A stretch of 64,000 nucleotides of DNA, from assembly GCF_018977255.1 (NCBI RefSeq), contig NW_024704742.1, forward strand, positions 41,790,001 to 41,854,000, given 5' to 3'. This DNA is from Callorhinchus milii (lineage: Eukaryota). A program made the position numbers and the translations under genes. How positions within the stretch are numbered: the stretch's first letter is position 1; the number at the start of each line of letters is the position of its first letter. Under the pieces are notes generated by a model. It saw only the letters and a program-made list of their open reading frames with translations, searched no databases and was not told the DNA's origin. Positions 13,497-25,995 of the stretch are shown here, in pieces.

Positions 13497-16400
13497 CAGC
13501 AACAACATTTATAGAGCGCCTTTCACGTCGGAAGGACCCGGACAGTCTGGGGCAGGACCCAAAGATGGGGAAGGGGTGGGATAGGGTTGAGGGAAGGCAG
13601 AGAGGGGGGAGGGCGACTGAAGGCATGATCGAAGAGGAGGGTCTTGAGACCAGCCTTGAAGGAGGTAAGGGAGGAAACGAGGTGAAGGGACCTTGGGATG
13701 GAGTTCCAGAGTGTGGGGGCAGAGAGGCTGAAAGCCCGGCCACCGATTTTAGGGCGGGTCGGGCGGGAGACATGGAGCAGAGCTGAACAGGGGGAGCGGG
13801 CAGGTTGGTAGGGAGTCAGCAGGTCAGAGAGGTAGGAGGGGGCAAGGCAATGGATGGCTTTGAAAGTGAGGACAAGGATCTTGAATTCGATCCTTTGAGG
13901 GATGGGGAGCCAGTGGAGTTGGGCGAGGGTGGGAGTGATGGGGTCGCGGAGCCTGGTGCGTGAGAGTACACGAGCTGCAGAGTTTTGGATGATCTGCAGC
14001 TTGTGAAGGGAAGAGTTGGGAAGGCCGATGAGGAGGGAGTTTCCATAATTGAGCCTTGAGGTGATGAATGCGTGGGTGAGGGTTTCGGCAGCCTGAGAGG
14101 TGAGGCAATGGCGGAGTCTGGCAATGTTGTGGAGGTGGCAGTAGGCAGTGCTGGTCATGGCACGGAAGGGGGGGAGAAAGGACAGTTCAGGGCCAAACTC
14201 AGCTTCCTGACTGGCTTAGTGAGGATGAGCGTGCAGCCGTGGAGGCTGATGCTGCCAGCACCCGCAGTACGGAGGCGCTGGCGCAAGCCAATCGGGAGGG
14301 CCTCGGTCTTGCTGACGTTGAGTTGGAGAAAGTTATCCCTCATCCAGGACTTGATGTCAGACAGGCAGTCGGTCAGGACACCAGTAGTCCTGGAGTTCAG
14401 GGTGGAGGCAGAGAGGTAGAGTTGGGGCTGGAGGAGAAGCCGTTTGCTGAGACAAAGTGGTGGCGGTGTGAGAGGTAGGACCTGAACCAGTCAAGGACAG
14501 AACCTTGAAGGTTGAGGTGGGAGGCGAGGCAGTGGAGGAGGATTGAGTGGTCCACGGTGTCAAAGGCGGCGGAGAGGTTGAGGAGGACGAAGAGGCAGTG
14601 GGAGCCTTGGTCACACATGGTCAGGATGTCATTTGTGACCTTGACCAGAGCAGTTTCCGTGCTGTGGGCAGCACGGAAACCCGATTAGAGGGGCTCATGG
14701 AGGGAGTGGGAGAGGAGGCAACTGCTCGCTCAAGGACCTTAGACAGAAAAGGGAGTTGGGAGATGGGCCGGTAGCTGGATAGCTTTGATGGGTCAAGGGA
14801 AGGTTTCTTCAAGGTGGGGGTGATAATAGCTGTTTTGAGGGGGGTAGGGACAGTGCCAGATAACAGGGAGATGTTGATGATGTTGGCGAGTAGTGGTGCA
14901 AGGAGGTGGAGCTGGGATTTAAGGAGAGGGGTGGGGAAGGGGTCCGAGAGCAAGTGGTGAGCTTCATGGAGGATATGGTGATGATGACAGCGGAGGGGGT
15001 GACAGGTTCAAAGGTGTGGAAGGAGGGATGGGTAGTGGTCGGAGTGTGGATGGGAGTTAGGGAGGGGGTGGAAGTTGTGAGGGCAGTGGCAGCTGAATGG
15101 ATTCCCTCGATTTTGGACTCAAGGAAGTCCAGCATTTCCTTGCAGTTGGAGTCGGAGAAAAGAATCTGCGAGATGTGGTGGGGAGGGCGGAGGAGCTGGT
15201 TGGAGGTGGAGAACAGGAGCCTGGGGTTGCCCTTCACCTCCAGGATTAACCTGGAATAGAAGGATGATTTGGCCGAGGCGAGAGCGGAGTGGTAGGTTTT
15301 GATGTGGTCCAGTCAGTTGTGCCGGTGGACCGTTAGGCCGGATTTGAGCCAAGTGAGTTCGGCAGCTCGCAACCGGCCCTTGAGTGAGTGGAGGTGGCTG
15401 GTGAACCAGGGTGAGGATCGGGAATAGGAGGCAATTCAGGAGATGAGTGGGGCAAGGGCGTTGAATGTGGTGGAGAGGGTGCTGTGGAGGAGAGTAAACG
15501 CAGAGGATGGGTTGGTGCGAGAGGTGGGCCAGAGTGGGAGGAGTTCAGAGGACTCCAGGGCAGTGGAGAGGGATTGCGGGGAGATCTTCTTCCACAGGCA
15601 GTAGGAGATGGTGGTAGGTTTGGAGACAGTGGAGAGAGGAGCATAGGAGTTGAGGGAGATGAAATGGTGGTCAGAGATGGCCTTGTCAGTGATGGTGACA
15701 TCCGAGACGCTGAGGCCCTGGGTGATCACCAGGTCAAGCGGGTGGCTGTGAACGTGGGTAGCAGAGTGAATGTGGAGGGAGAGGTTGAGAGAGGAGAGGA
15801 GAGAGAAGTCTGAGGAGGTGGAGCAAGAGGTGATGAAGTGGAGGTTGAAGTCATCTAGGAAATGAGGCGTTTGGAGCAGAGCCAGAGGGAAGCTAGAAGC
15901 GTGGAGAGTCAGAGATGAAGGTGGGGGAGGATTTTGGGGAGCAGTAAATTAGGAGAATTTTTAGTGAGAGATGGGAGGGATGGTAGAGGGTATGATGTTC
16001 AAAATAGGAGAATGAGCCAGCGGAGTAGGGGGATAGGCCAAGTGACACCCTGGAGATGAGGGCCACACCACCGCTATGGCGGTTGGGGCCATAAGATCAA
16101 CGTTCTCATCGAGGATGAGATCATTGATGGCCAGGATCTTGTTGGAGATGGAGCGGACGTTTTGAAGGCCAATGTGGAGTGGACAGTTGGCAGGGGAATG
16201 TGTGGGATGGGAGGGGATAGTGGAATGGTTGGGAGAGAGGTTGGAGATGTGGATGAGGGAGGAGAGGTTAGCCCCCGGTGTCAGGGTCCGGGGTGGCTTG
16301 TGGCGGTTGTGGGGAATGGGGCAGTCGGTGTGGCTGCTGCTGGACAGCCAACGCTGAGTGCCACGATGAGCCTGGCGGAGGATTCCCAGGTTGGAGCAGA

Positions 16401-16854
16401 GGGAGGCAGTGGGGGGGGGCGGAGAGAGAGCAGGACAGAACGGGAGAGTTGCAGGGAGGGGGGCATTTTAAACGAGGGACAGCTTGGATCAGAGGCAGCA
16501 GTCAAGATGCGGACGCTAAGACGAGAGGCAGCGGATGAGTGGGACATTGTCAGCCTGCAAGAGGCTGTGGGGGCTAGAGACGGTGCAGAGGGGAGGAGGG
16601 CACTCATTGTGGTTAACAATGAGCAGCCTACGGGGGAAGGACAGGGGAGGGAGACAGACAGAGGATGGGAGGGAGGGAGACACACTGGTATGAACTATAC
16701 TGTAGCTGTTACCAGGGATTCAAACCTGGCGGGCGGAAGTGACGTCACGCAGAATGGCGGGAAAATCTGAACTCAGCTCCAATTAAGAAATGTTTAATGG
16801 TTAGGGCGGTCCCACCAGCAGCAGCAGGAGGAGGAGGAGGAGGAGCAGCAGCAA
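13497..16854 (-). mobile_element. Near full-length, defective L2 LINE (APE endonuclease + reverse transcriptase)
   Basis: GLQNVRSISNK (endonuclease start, about 16170), [38 protein letters not shown]-terminal domain and (TTG)-like tail. Has frameshifts and internal deletions; the 5' boundary is uncertain. Confidence 0.92.
16725..16815. promoter_or_regulatory. Promoter-like motif cluster at the L2 5' end
   Basis: GCGGAAGTGACGTCAC (ETS-CRE composite, 16733-16748), TGGCGGGAAA (E2F-like, 16755-16764), CCAAT at about 16779, GGGCGG at about 16804. Confidence 0.5.
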
Positions 16855-16949
16855 TAATTGAGTTTAGATCCCCAATTCCTTCAACTTCCTTCAGAACAAC
16901 ATAATCCTCCAAGATGGACTTGCTAAATCAATTAAGTTTAGATCCCCAG

Positions 16950-17590
16950 ATATCATGCTCAGGCTCTGGTCACAATGCTCTGGTCAGACTGATCCTTGAA
17001 TACTGCAGTCAGTTCTAGTCACTGCCACATTAGGAGGCCGCACTGGCCCTAGAGGTAGTACAAAGAAGAGCAATGTTGGAGGATTGAGATATGAGCAATG
17101 ATTAGCTGAGCTACAGCTCTTCAGTCTTGAGGGAAGACAAATCAGAAAGGACCACATAGAGCAGCATACATTTTTATATGAGATTGAAAAAGTAAACCTG
17201 GATCAATACTTTAGGATGTATCAAATAATAGAACAAGAGGACATAGGTTTAGACTTGCCAAAGACAATTTCAGGACAGATACGAGGAAGCTTTTCTTTAC
17301 TCAGAGGGTAATCGACAAATGGAGCAGATTGCCAGGAAGGATGGTAAAGGCCACGATACTGGTCTCATTTAAAAAGCAGCTTAATGCAGTGATAGGGGAA
17401 CAGTAATGGTCCTAAAATCTTTTGGATGTTAGGCTACCTTCAGTAGTTCGCTTGAACAGACATGTGGCTGAAACCAAGATCACTGAAAATTCTGAAATGC
17501 ATCTTCTTAATTTTCCCCAGCAGTGGTGGTCTAGAGGGATGAGGTGGGCCAAACAGTCTTCTTTATCTAGATCAATCTTGTGATCTTGTT
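16950..17590 (+). mobile_element. CR1 LINE 3' fragment with a 122-bp foreign insertion
   Basis: LEYC.QF, LFSLE, RTRGH, FFTQRV..W..LP, 3' UTR ending ATCTTGTGATCTTGT. Confidence 0.85.
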
Positions 17591-18648
17591 GGTGACATAT
17601 GGTGTGTGCAAATTGGCTGCTGCATTTGCTTACAGATACAATCATATCTGAAGACATTTTGAAATATTAAATTGTTAGTGGTACTTTACCAAATGCAAGG
17701 ATTTTCATTATTTAAAACTCACTTTAGTACTGTCAGAGTAGAGCACATGCATTTCAATAAGGCATAAAGTGAAGATACAGGATTTATAATGATGACCATT
17801 TTTACATCAGATTGTGGAAAATGTCAGCCCTGGGATTAAAGTTACTTTGGACCATGTTACCCCCCTCCCACCTAGTGCTGCAACATCATAGAATAATCCT
17901 AGAATAATCCAATACGGTTTCTAATACCATCAATCAATTCTGTCATCAAATAACTCTCTTGAACTTGTGGACAAAAATTATCTTCCAAAGTGTCTCTACA
18001 GCCTGACTGGGTATCTTATTGCATATAATCCACATTCTTTGTTGCAGATATTAAATATGAACTGTCTTCTGAGGTTGAGTTTACGTTCCGATGGCACATA
18101 GTGCCAGGACAAAAAGGGCCAAGTTTTTTCTGAATCTGAATTTTTTTTTAATATGCCGTGCAATGTGTCCAGTCGGTCTCTTGGCTTCCAATCAAACATG
18201 GTCTTCTCCTTGGCAGTTTTTACAACATCTTGGACCATTTACAGGCCTCTTGCCAGATTGTTTTTGTATTGAACTGCTATACAATATCCACCTAGACCTC
18301 TTGCCCAGTTCATGAGTTGGGGTGATTGAAGCCACATCTAAATATTTACTGAACCCCTGCTCAGTAAATTGGATCTTCCTGCTTCTTGGTACCATAAATT
18401 GGTTGACATTTTTCTAACTAACTCTGTTGGCTTAATTCCCATCCGGTAACCTACAAAGATCAAGTGCCTCATTTCCTGCTTGTTTAGGTGCTAAACTGTG
18501 ATTATTGCTGCTTTCGATACCTTAACCCACTGCTGGGGAAAATTAAGAAGATGCATTTCAGAATTTTCAGTGATCTTGGTTTCAGCCACATGTCTGTTCA
18601 AGCTAACTACTGAAGGTAACTTAACATCCAAAAGATTTTAGGACCATT
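17405..18648. repeat. 122-bp inverted duplication (17405-17526 vs 18527-18648)
   Basis: Direct reverse-complement comparison shows 3 mismatches. Confidence 0.95.
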
Positions 18649-18695
18649 TTCATTACATTTGACTCTTTGAGCCAGTTGTTTTAATGAAGATACAG
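17720..18695 (-). pseudogene. Dynein pseudogene: stalk return helix and AAA5 start
   Basis: Nearly continuous frame: LLNFPQQW, IFVGYRMG, NLWY, PQLMNWARGL (cf. WxxxGLP), EKTWPFL (cf. RWPLxIDP). Confidence 0.7.
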
Positions 18696-18896
18696 CTAGA
18701 TCAGTGTAAATCAAAATAGGAAACAGATGTGTTTCCATTAAGGTCATGGGAGTGATGACAGGACTATCCTGCAGCAGCATTCATGCCATTAACATGTAAA
18801 CAGTTGTTTCTTAGTTGAATTGCCAGATCAATGTATATTTTGAGCAACAGTGAAAAGTTATGTTTCTCATTGGAACAATCTCAAATCAGGACTTAC

Positions 18897-19910
18897 ATTC
18901 ATTTCAATTTGGCTGCACTGTGGTAAATGAATTTACTTTTTACAATCAAAAAAGGCTTGTCGCAGGAAACCTTCTGGCATTAGTTTATTCTTATTTTGTT
19001 ATGGAAAGTTAATGAATACCAGCTACAGTAGAATTGAAGAGAACTCGAATGTGCTTGCCCAAATATCTGAAAGATTCAGTTTTCAGTTTTCAGAACAAAT
19101 TGTGTATGATCCCACAATGTCAATTATAAATACCCACATTTTACTGCCTCTTAGTAGTAAAGCAATACCTCTCCCCAATTTATTTAATATGAATTAGGAT
19201 CTAGTTGTACAGTATTATGAAGTTCTTAAACCTCTAATTGATGAATTGCAGACAGTTTTATACTGCTGACTTGTGTCAACTGGGGACCAGGCTATGACCA
19301 CCAAAGCTCATTTCACCTTTGACATTTAAACAGCAATAAAAGAGAACAGTCTTGTCTCCTATTCCACCTCCCCCACCCAAGGAATTCAGGATTAGATTGC
19401 CAGGTAGGGGGGTTCATACCACTTTAACCATGATCTTAAGCCATTCTGCCAACTTTTTATCATATAGATTTTCAGATAAAATGGAGACTTCTAAATACTG
19501 TTGTACAGGAAAACTGCTTCTGATTTTCCACTTTGGATAAAGTTACAACACAACCAAGGGATTACACAAACACTTGACTACTGGAGTCAATCCAACAAAA
19601 TATGCCTTAAAGCTAGGTGAGTGCTACCAAAACATAGCTTGTGATTTTCATGATAACAGTGCTTAACGTTTTACATTTTTTATGCCATTCACCTGCCTCC
19701 ACAACATTTTCCTTTTGCTTTCTTAACATTATACTCTTCTTCTTTCTTGGTCTGTTTCACTGAATGGGATCTTCTGAGCTCTGTTTTTATTTTAATGAAT
19801 ATCACTATTTATTTTGTGAGCTTTGTTGGTCATGTGTCATGTCATAATAATCCTCATGATCCACAGAGTTCTCTAATACATGCAATTTAATGTTGTCTTA
19901 AACCTTTTTA
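18897..19910 (-). pseudogene. Dynein pseudogene: stalk / microtubule-binding domain
   Basis: KGLRQ, a K/E-rich coiled-coil stretch, YEPP, SSLQFYCSW..LMPEGFLRQA (cf. LCxWV..VxP..L..A). Ends at a GTAAGT donor (18891-18896). Confidence 0.55.
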
Positions 19911-19939
19911 AAATGTTGGTTGTTTAGTTATTATCCCCT

Positions 19940-20195
19940 CCGCCTGTTCAGGTGAATTTTAAAGAACTCAAGGCAGTTTTCAACAAGAGTTTCTCCCAGT
20001 GTATTGGCCAACATTCTCCCAGATAAAATTGATCATTCACTTCACGGCTGTGTGGGACATTTTTGTGCACAAATTGGCTGCTGCATTCGCCTACAAGTAC
20101 ACAGTCACTACACTTTACAGTAATTCCTTTGAAGCACTTTGAAACATCTTGACGATGTGATAAGGTCCTATATCAAATTCAAGGATTATTATTGT
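19940..20195 (+). mobile_element. Deu-domain SINE fragment
   Basis: Deu block and (ATT)n tail shared with other copies. Confidence 0.8.
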
Positions 20196-20484
20196 ATTAA
20201 TATTAACCAGTACTCTGGGTCATCAGGTCACTGCTTACAATCAATGTATCGCACGGAAACAGGTCACTCGGCTCAACCAGTCCGTACCTCTGATATCACT
20301 TCCTGGCACTGCACATGTACACTCTGTTCAGGAAGTGCCACTGACATCATTTTATAAAGGAAGTCAGACAATTTTCCACACTTGCTTAAAACGTGGCCCT
20401 GAGATATAGTACCCAGACAACTGGGTTACAAACGGGTGTTTATCTTAGGATTCTGTTGCATTTTTTAGGCGAAAAAAGTGTTTG

Positions 20485-20665
20485 TTGCATGGACGTCGAG
20501 TGTGAACAGGATCAGGCTCTGCTGTTCCGCTCTCATAGTTATAAAAATCGCTGACATTGTTTATCCTCATACATGATGGAGAGGGTTTCTGGTGTCAGAG
20601 GAGTCATACCACACTGTGAGTAAGTACTTTAGCTGGACAGGGAGTAAAAGGGAAAAGATTAAAAA
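20485..20665 (+). mobile_element. Ancient SINE 3' part (AmnSINE2-like)
   Basis: GGACGTCG..ACAGGATCAGGCTC.GCTGT..CATACATGA resembles the consensus as I remember it. Confidence 0.5.
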
Positions 20666-20739
20666 GAGCACATAAAAGGCACAGAACGGCAACATAATCT
20701 TCAATGGTAGCAGAACTACCTCAATGTATCTTTAATGTA

Positions 20740-21330
20740 TCAGCATGAAGACAGAACATCTGTGAGACTCTGCTTCCTATTAATTTCAAACAGGAGTGAG
20801 GTTCCAAACAAAAACACAGATAAAAATATTTGTATTTAAGCTATAGTTGTTTCTTTAAGAATTTTTAATGATCCAGGACTAAACAATTAAAGCAAACATC
20901 AGGGTCTGTGTCAAAAGCCTGATTATAACTTAATTAAAAGTCAAATCGATCATCCCAGAACTTATTTTCAGAATAAGCCTTTGGGGAGAATTATCTTCAA
21001 TAATGACTGATATCATGTTATCCCAAGTTAACCCGAAATCAATGCTTCAAATATATGACATTAACTCTGTTAGAGGAGCTTTCTCATATGATTTTCTCAC
21101 TCAAACAGGAAAAAGCTGGCATGAATTGCCCTTAAAATTAATGGAAATTCCCAACACTTTCAAGAGATTTATGTTACAATATTTTCTTGTATTTATGAGT
21201 TATGTCCTTTGGAAACTCCTGACATTAGCTCAGCAAAGTTTTGAAACAATCAAGCAAATTAATGCATAAGAGAAAGAATCAGCAGCATCCTTGAAGTAAA
21301 ATCAGTTTGAAACAAAGGCGAAATGGAGTC
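20740..21330 (-). pseudogene. Dynein pseudogene: AAA4
   Basis: FYFKDAA, AIHASFFLFE, WDNMISVII..SP.GLF (cf. INxLLxxGEVPxLF), LMFALIV/FSPG (cf. NLHIVLxFSPxG). Confidence 0.65.
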
Positions 21331-22185
21331 TGGTAAATTGCGATACAATGAACATGTTCTGGGCAGCTTCCTCAAAATGCTCTCAGACAGAAATCTTTCC
21401 CTGTAAAATGACTCCACTGTTTCAGATAGCGGGAGTAAACTATAATACACAATTGCAATGTTTATAAATACTTACAGGTTTTTATTTCAGTTCACTCTGC
21501 CTTGTAAAACAGATTTGGTTTCTCTTCAAAATGAACCAATTTTCTTCCTGGTTGTGAGCGTTTAACTGTGGAATGCTGAGAGCAGATACTGGGGGTGCCT
21601 GGAAGTTTACTACCCTGATGGACGAGAGACTCTTTCCTGTAACCAAACTGCTGATAGGTAACGTGCCCGGGCCGGGGTTAGCCTCTGCCCCTGAGCTGAT
21701 CGAGTCTGCTGTTTTACATTAGTTACATCTCTGTATAATTAGACGTTTCACAATGTTGCAGAAATTTTTATGGCAGTAGTTCTCACAAATCATTCCACCC
21801 ATAATGTGTCACAAGTGGTGCGAATGTTAAATGTTTCCTGATAAAGAACGATTCACCATATTTGATGATCGACCAAATTGCATTGTTAATGGCACCTCTA
21901 TTTCCAGCTGGAAAAAAAAGGCCTCGAGGATTTTCATTATACACAAAGTTTACTTTTTTTATATTCCAGCTAGCATCCCAGACAGAGTGCGCAACATTGT
22001 AATTGTGAATAGCCATGATCAAGTGAAGGATAAGTGTGCTGCAGCCCTTATTGGCTGGTGTTTGTTAATTCTTTCTGGCTTTCTTTCGATATATATGTAA
22101 TGTGCTTGCTTGTAACATTCATTGCTGAGCTGCAAAGTATTCCAGGGCTTAATTCAATTAGGTTGTTTTGCCATTTTACTTAGAA

Positions 22186-22480
22186 CAGTGCTGGCCAACC
22201 TTTTTTGATCAACCGCCCAAATAACGTTTTCCTTCATTGAATTTTTCTTCATTTATGGTTGCACCTTGGCTCGGTTGTTACTAGAAACCAGGTATTGATG
22301 TGGCACGAGCTTGCCTGGACTGGTGTGGGTATTCAGTGGACCACTTCTTGATGCCCCAAAAGTGGCCCATGGGCGACTGCACCAGTGCAATACAGTAGCC
22401 TGCGGAGTAGGGAGGGGCTTTAGAAGCAGATTAAGAATCTTTTCTTGTCTTGCCAGCATGTGCCCCAGTTGGTGTGGTGG
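22186..22480. mobile_element. hAT/Charlie-like non-autonomous relic
   Basis: Left end CAGTGCTGGCCAACCTTTTT; right end degenerate. Confidence 0.4.
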
Positions 22481-22960
22481 GGGGCGGTAGGGGGGTATTC
22501 ACCATGGGTTTGTTATTCTTGCTTTGTAATTGGCATTAAGATTTTTAAAGTATTTACAAAAGCTACTTCAAAATGTTAACTTTATTTTCCTGATATTATA
22601 TGTGTCTCCGTAACACTGTGAGACCCATCCTAGTTTGCATAATAAATAAGCTGTCCCACTGTATATTTGATACCATATCAGACCGCAGTAACCAGAATAT
22701 TTGTTTAAGAAGGAAACATGATTTGTCAACTTGATGAGGAAATAGATCCTCCTGTTGGAGCATGCCAGGTTAAAGCATTCCACTAAGTCATTCAGTTAAG
22801 AAGCCTTTGGGGTGATGCTATGAGCCAGGACACTGACCTTTTACCTTTGGGGCTTCCATTCAATTCCAATCAGACTGATGGAGTGGCAGTTTCTTCTTGA
22901 TTGCATTTAGAGGAATAGCGAGTAAATAATAACCCTTGCATTTGATATAGCACCTTATCA

Positions 22961-23285
22961 TGGAGTCCTGTGGCTCAGTGGTTAGAGCACTCGCTTTGCA
23001 AGTGAGAGACCTGAGTTCAATTCCAGGCAGATCAGGGCGAAACCTTGGGCAAGTTTCCTTACTCCACACACCTAATAATAATCCCTCCAAAACTAAAAAC
23101 AATAATAAATTGGTCATTTTCAATCTACGACTGTTTGTGGGACATTGCTGTGCGCAATTGGCTGCCGCGTTTGCCCACAAATATACAGTCAATTCACTTT
23201 ACAGTGTACTCTGTGAAGCGCTTTGGGACGTCCTCCCGATGTGAAAAGCGCTATATCAAATGCAAGGATTATTATTATTATTATT
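22961..23285 (+). mobile_element. Full-length young tRNA-derived SINE
   Basis: GGAGTCCTGTGGCTCAGTGGTTAGAGCAC..GTTCAATTCC head through (ATT)n; near-identical to 54847-55163. Confidence 0.95.
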
Positions 23286-23294
23286 TCTATTATC

Positions 23295-23425
23295 ATATCT
23301 TTGAGATGTCTCAAAGCGCTTCTCAGGATATACTGTAAAGTGAATTGACTGTGTATTTGTGGGCGAAAGGCAACAGCCAATTGCGCACAGCAGTGTCTCA
23401 CAGACAGTCGTGGATTGAGTGATCT
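23295..23425 (-). mobile_element. SINE 3' part (inverted)
   Basis: Reverse complement of the Deu/tail region. Confidence 0.8.
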
Positions 23426-23439
23426 CTGGATTTTCTAAA

Positions 23440-23700
23440 ATTAGGATGGGGTGGGTCAATGGTGTTGCCGAGAAATTGAGGAGAACAAGGAGGCACAGGG
23501 GGTCCTTGTCACAGAACAAGAGGATATAATTTTTTAAACAGGGCTGACTTGGTGTTGTGGGGAAGGTGGAAGGCAGATGAAAGTGAGTGAAGCTGGGATG
23601 CAATGATGCATTCCAGGTCTGTTGAAAAGGAAGAGCAGGTTGGAGATGGGGCAAAAACTGAAGAGTTTGGAAGGGGCAAGTGTAGTTTTTTTGACAAAGT
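23440..23700 (-). mobile_element. Old L2 reverse transcriptase fragment
   Basis: CDKDPLCLLVLLNFSA (cf. LLVLLDLSAAFD). Confidence 0.65.
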
Positions 23701-23779
23701 GTCTATCTCATTTATACTGACTTATACTGTATTGAAATGGTCGTTGAATAGGTTGGAATTCACTTTTGACCCGAAAAAC

Positions 23780-24650
23780 AGCATGTTTCTTCCAACTTGT
23801 AAAACTATTGCATTTAGTCAACAGATGGTTTTCAAAAACAGAAAATAGCAGTACCCTCTGGCCAACTTTCCAATGCTGGTTTGCATCCACATGGAGTGCT
23901 ATTTATCCCTAATTATCTTGAGTGTAGTGAGGGGACTTGCTAAGCAAAATCAAGATTACATAAAAAATTATATAACACGATGTTGCACATACTCAAGCTC
24001 TATGCGGGAGAGGAGATGACTGTGGGCAAGAAATTCTTTCCTGGAGGGTTTTATGACTTTGACAATGCAGCCTAACAATACCATTGAGCCTGTTTTAGTG
24101 CACATTGTGAACATTGCTGCATTTAACATCAAGAGAATATTTGGGTGGGAATTCTCAATCAAATCCCCACACAACAATACCATATCATTATCTTAAACTG
24201 TCTTACAAGTATTAAAAGCTCCAATTCTTTTTTTCCTCAGGAGCTCCTTAGTTCAACAGCTGCTCCTGAAGTAAACAAGGTGCACGGTTATCAAAACGAC
24301 TGCCTTAAACCTTGCTTTGTGCCAGAAGCTCTCTGTAAAGTTACATCATTATGCCAGCCACAAGACATTCAAATCCTTTTTATAACTCTTACCTCCTGAG
24401 GGTGGAAACCAATCGTATGGTTTCAATCTGCATGCACTCCTGTGTCACAAGAAATGCTAGCTATATAATTAATGACATCATAAAATCCTGTTTTAAAGAG
24501 GAAGTGCTTGTAGGCTTTGTATTTGAACAGTAAAATTTGATTGCAGCTTTCAATTCTGCTCTTACAATGGAAACATATCCAGAAAAATATCCCCCACTCA
24601 GGAGATAGCATGCCCAAGAAAAATTTACCTTCAGTTTGACCTCTACCAAT
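23780..24650 (-). pseudogene. Dynein pseudogene: AAA3' and lid
   Basis: LFKTGFYDV, FPPSGGKS (about 24385-24410; cf. PPGGGRN), NFLPTV..SLSM (cf. LPTP..HYxF), SVFENHL. Confidence 0.7.
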
Positions 24651-24659
24651 GCATATACA

Positions 24660-25130
24660 ACAGCAACACAACTTGCATTTTTATATAGGGTTACATCTCG
24701 GAGGACTTTTCTGACATGGAGTCAGATGCTGATCAAGGGGGAGTAGCTATAGGCGCAGTTGAAGAGTAGGAATTCGAAGTATTCTAAGGTGACACTCCAA
24801 TACAGTGAGTGCTGTGTTATGCTGCATTGTTGAAGATGCCATCCTTCAGATTAGCTGTTAAACTGAGGCTCCATCAGCCTGTTCAGGTGATGTTAGAGAT
24901 CCCATGGTACTATTCGAAAAGTGAAGAGAGTTTCTCCCATTCCTCAACATTCCTCCAAAAAAGTTGGCCATTTACTTCATGACTGTTCGTGTGACATTGC
25001 TGCGTGCAATTTGGCTGCCTCGTTCATCCACTAAACACATAGTCCACTTTACAGTAATTCATATGAAGCTCTTTGGGACGTCCTCTTGACCTGAAAGGCA
25101 CTGTACCAAATGCAAGGATTATCATTATTT
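24660..25130. mobile_element. L2-derived tail (minus) plus Deu-SINE (plus)
   Basis: CAACAACTTGCATTT-like tail and a Deu block. Confidence 0.7.
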
Positions 25131-25599
25131 AACACATCTCTAACCATAGTTGCTGTTACATATTTTTAGATTAGCAAGACATTCAGGAAAATTATTGAGT
25201 CAACTGCTTGGATATATTTTCATCTCATTCACTGATGGCGCTGAACCAAACACCTGGATAGCAGTAATAGAATAACTATAAGGATTTATTATTTGGTACT
25301 GACTCTAACTTATAATATTGTATCTTCCCTGATCTCTCCAGGTTCTATTTTCATTATTTCATTTCCATTTTACTCATTTTCTAAATGGTCCATTCTATTC
25401 TCCTCCACTATTCATTTAATTCAATCTCTTTGTTCTCACTGTCCATTTGAAGGTATGAAAGATTTTTTTTAAAAAAATGATTAAGTGACTGGGTTAAAAG
25501 CACCTAGAAAGGCTTTTATTCAGCCAACCAATTGGAAATGATCTTGCGATTGACATGGTTGTCTTAACAATAACAACATCAAGAAGGACTTGAATTTAC

Positions 25600-25995
25600 A
25601 TAATAATAATCCTTGCATTTGATATAGAGCCTTAACATGTCTTCAAGACCTCTCAAAGCGCATCAGAGAATTTACTGTAGTGAATTGATTGTATATTTTG
25701 TGGGCGAAAAACACATTTTTATTTGGAGGAATGTTGACCAGGATACCAGGAGAAACTCTCTTCACTTTTCAAATAACGCCATATGATCTTTAACTCCAAC
25801 TGAACAGCAGATGGAGCCTTGGTTGGGTGCTACGCAAGGGAGAAGGGGAAGGGGGAAGTGACCATAAGTACAGTCAAAGATGTAGGTCTTCAGGTAGGAT
25901 TTAAAGATATATAAAGAGGGTGTGAGGAAGAGGGATTGAGGCAGGGAATTCCAGAGGTTAAGGGTGTAAAAGCACGTCCACCGATGATGGACCAA
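25600..25995 (-). mobile_element. Deu-SINE fragment plus old L2 3' fragment
   Basis: Reverse SINE tail; LWNSLPQSL..FKSYLKTY. Confidence 0.7.

Noticed and set aside
17405..18648. Inverted repeats as TIRs of a 1.2-kb DNA transposon
   Set aside because: The CR1 resumes immediately inside the left copy and the dynein frame runs through the right copy; there is no outer target-site duplication.
17900..18700. hAT-like transposase fossil (DRLDTL..W motif)
   Set aside because: The same frame fits the dynein stalk/AAA5 motifs better (QQW, GY.MG, NWARGL, WPFL) and sits in the expected collinear position.
21500..22180. Conserved non-coding enhancer-like islands (also 30.4-30.8, 42.9-43.1 and 49.8-51.3 kb)
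   Set aside because: Conservation cannot be shown from one sequence, and these islands are more simply explained as decayed dynein coding sequence.
22961..23035. tRNA-Ala-like gene (also about 54847, 1745 and 57473)
   Set aside because: These are SINE heads that continue into SINE bodies and lack a proper acceptor stem.
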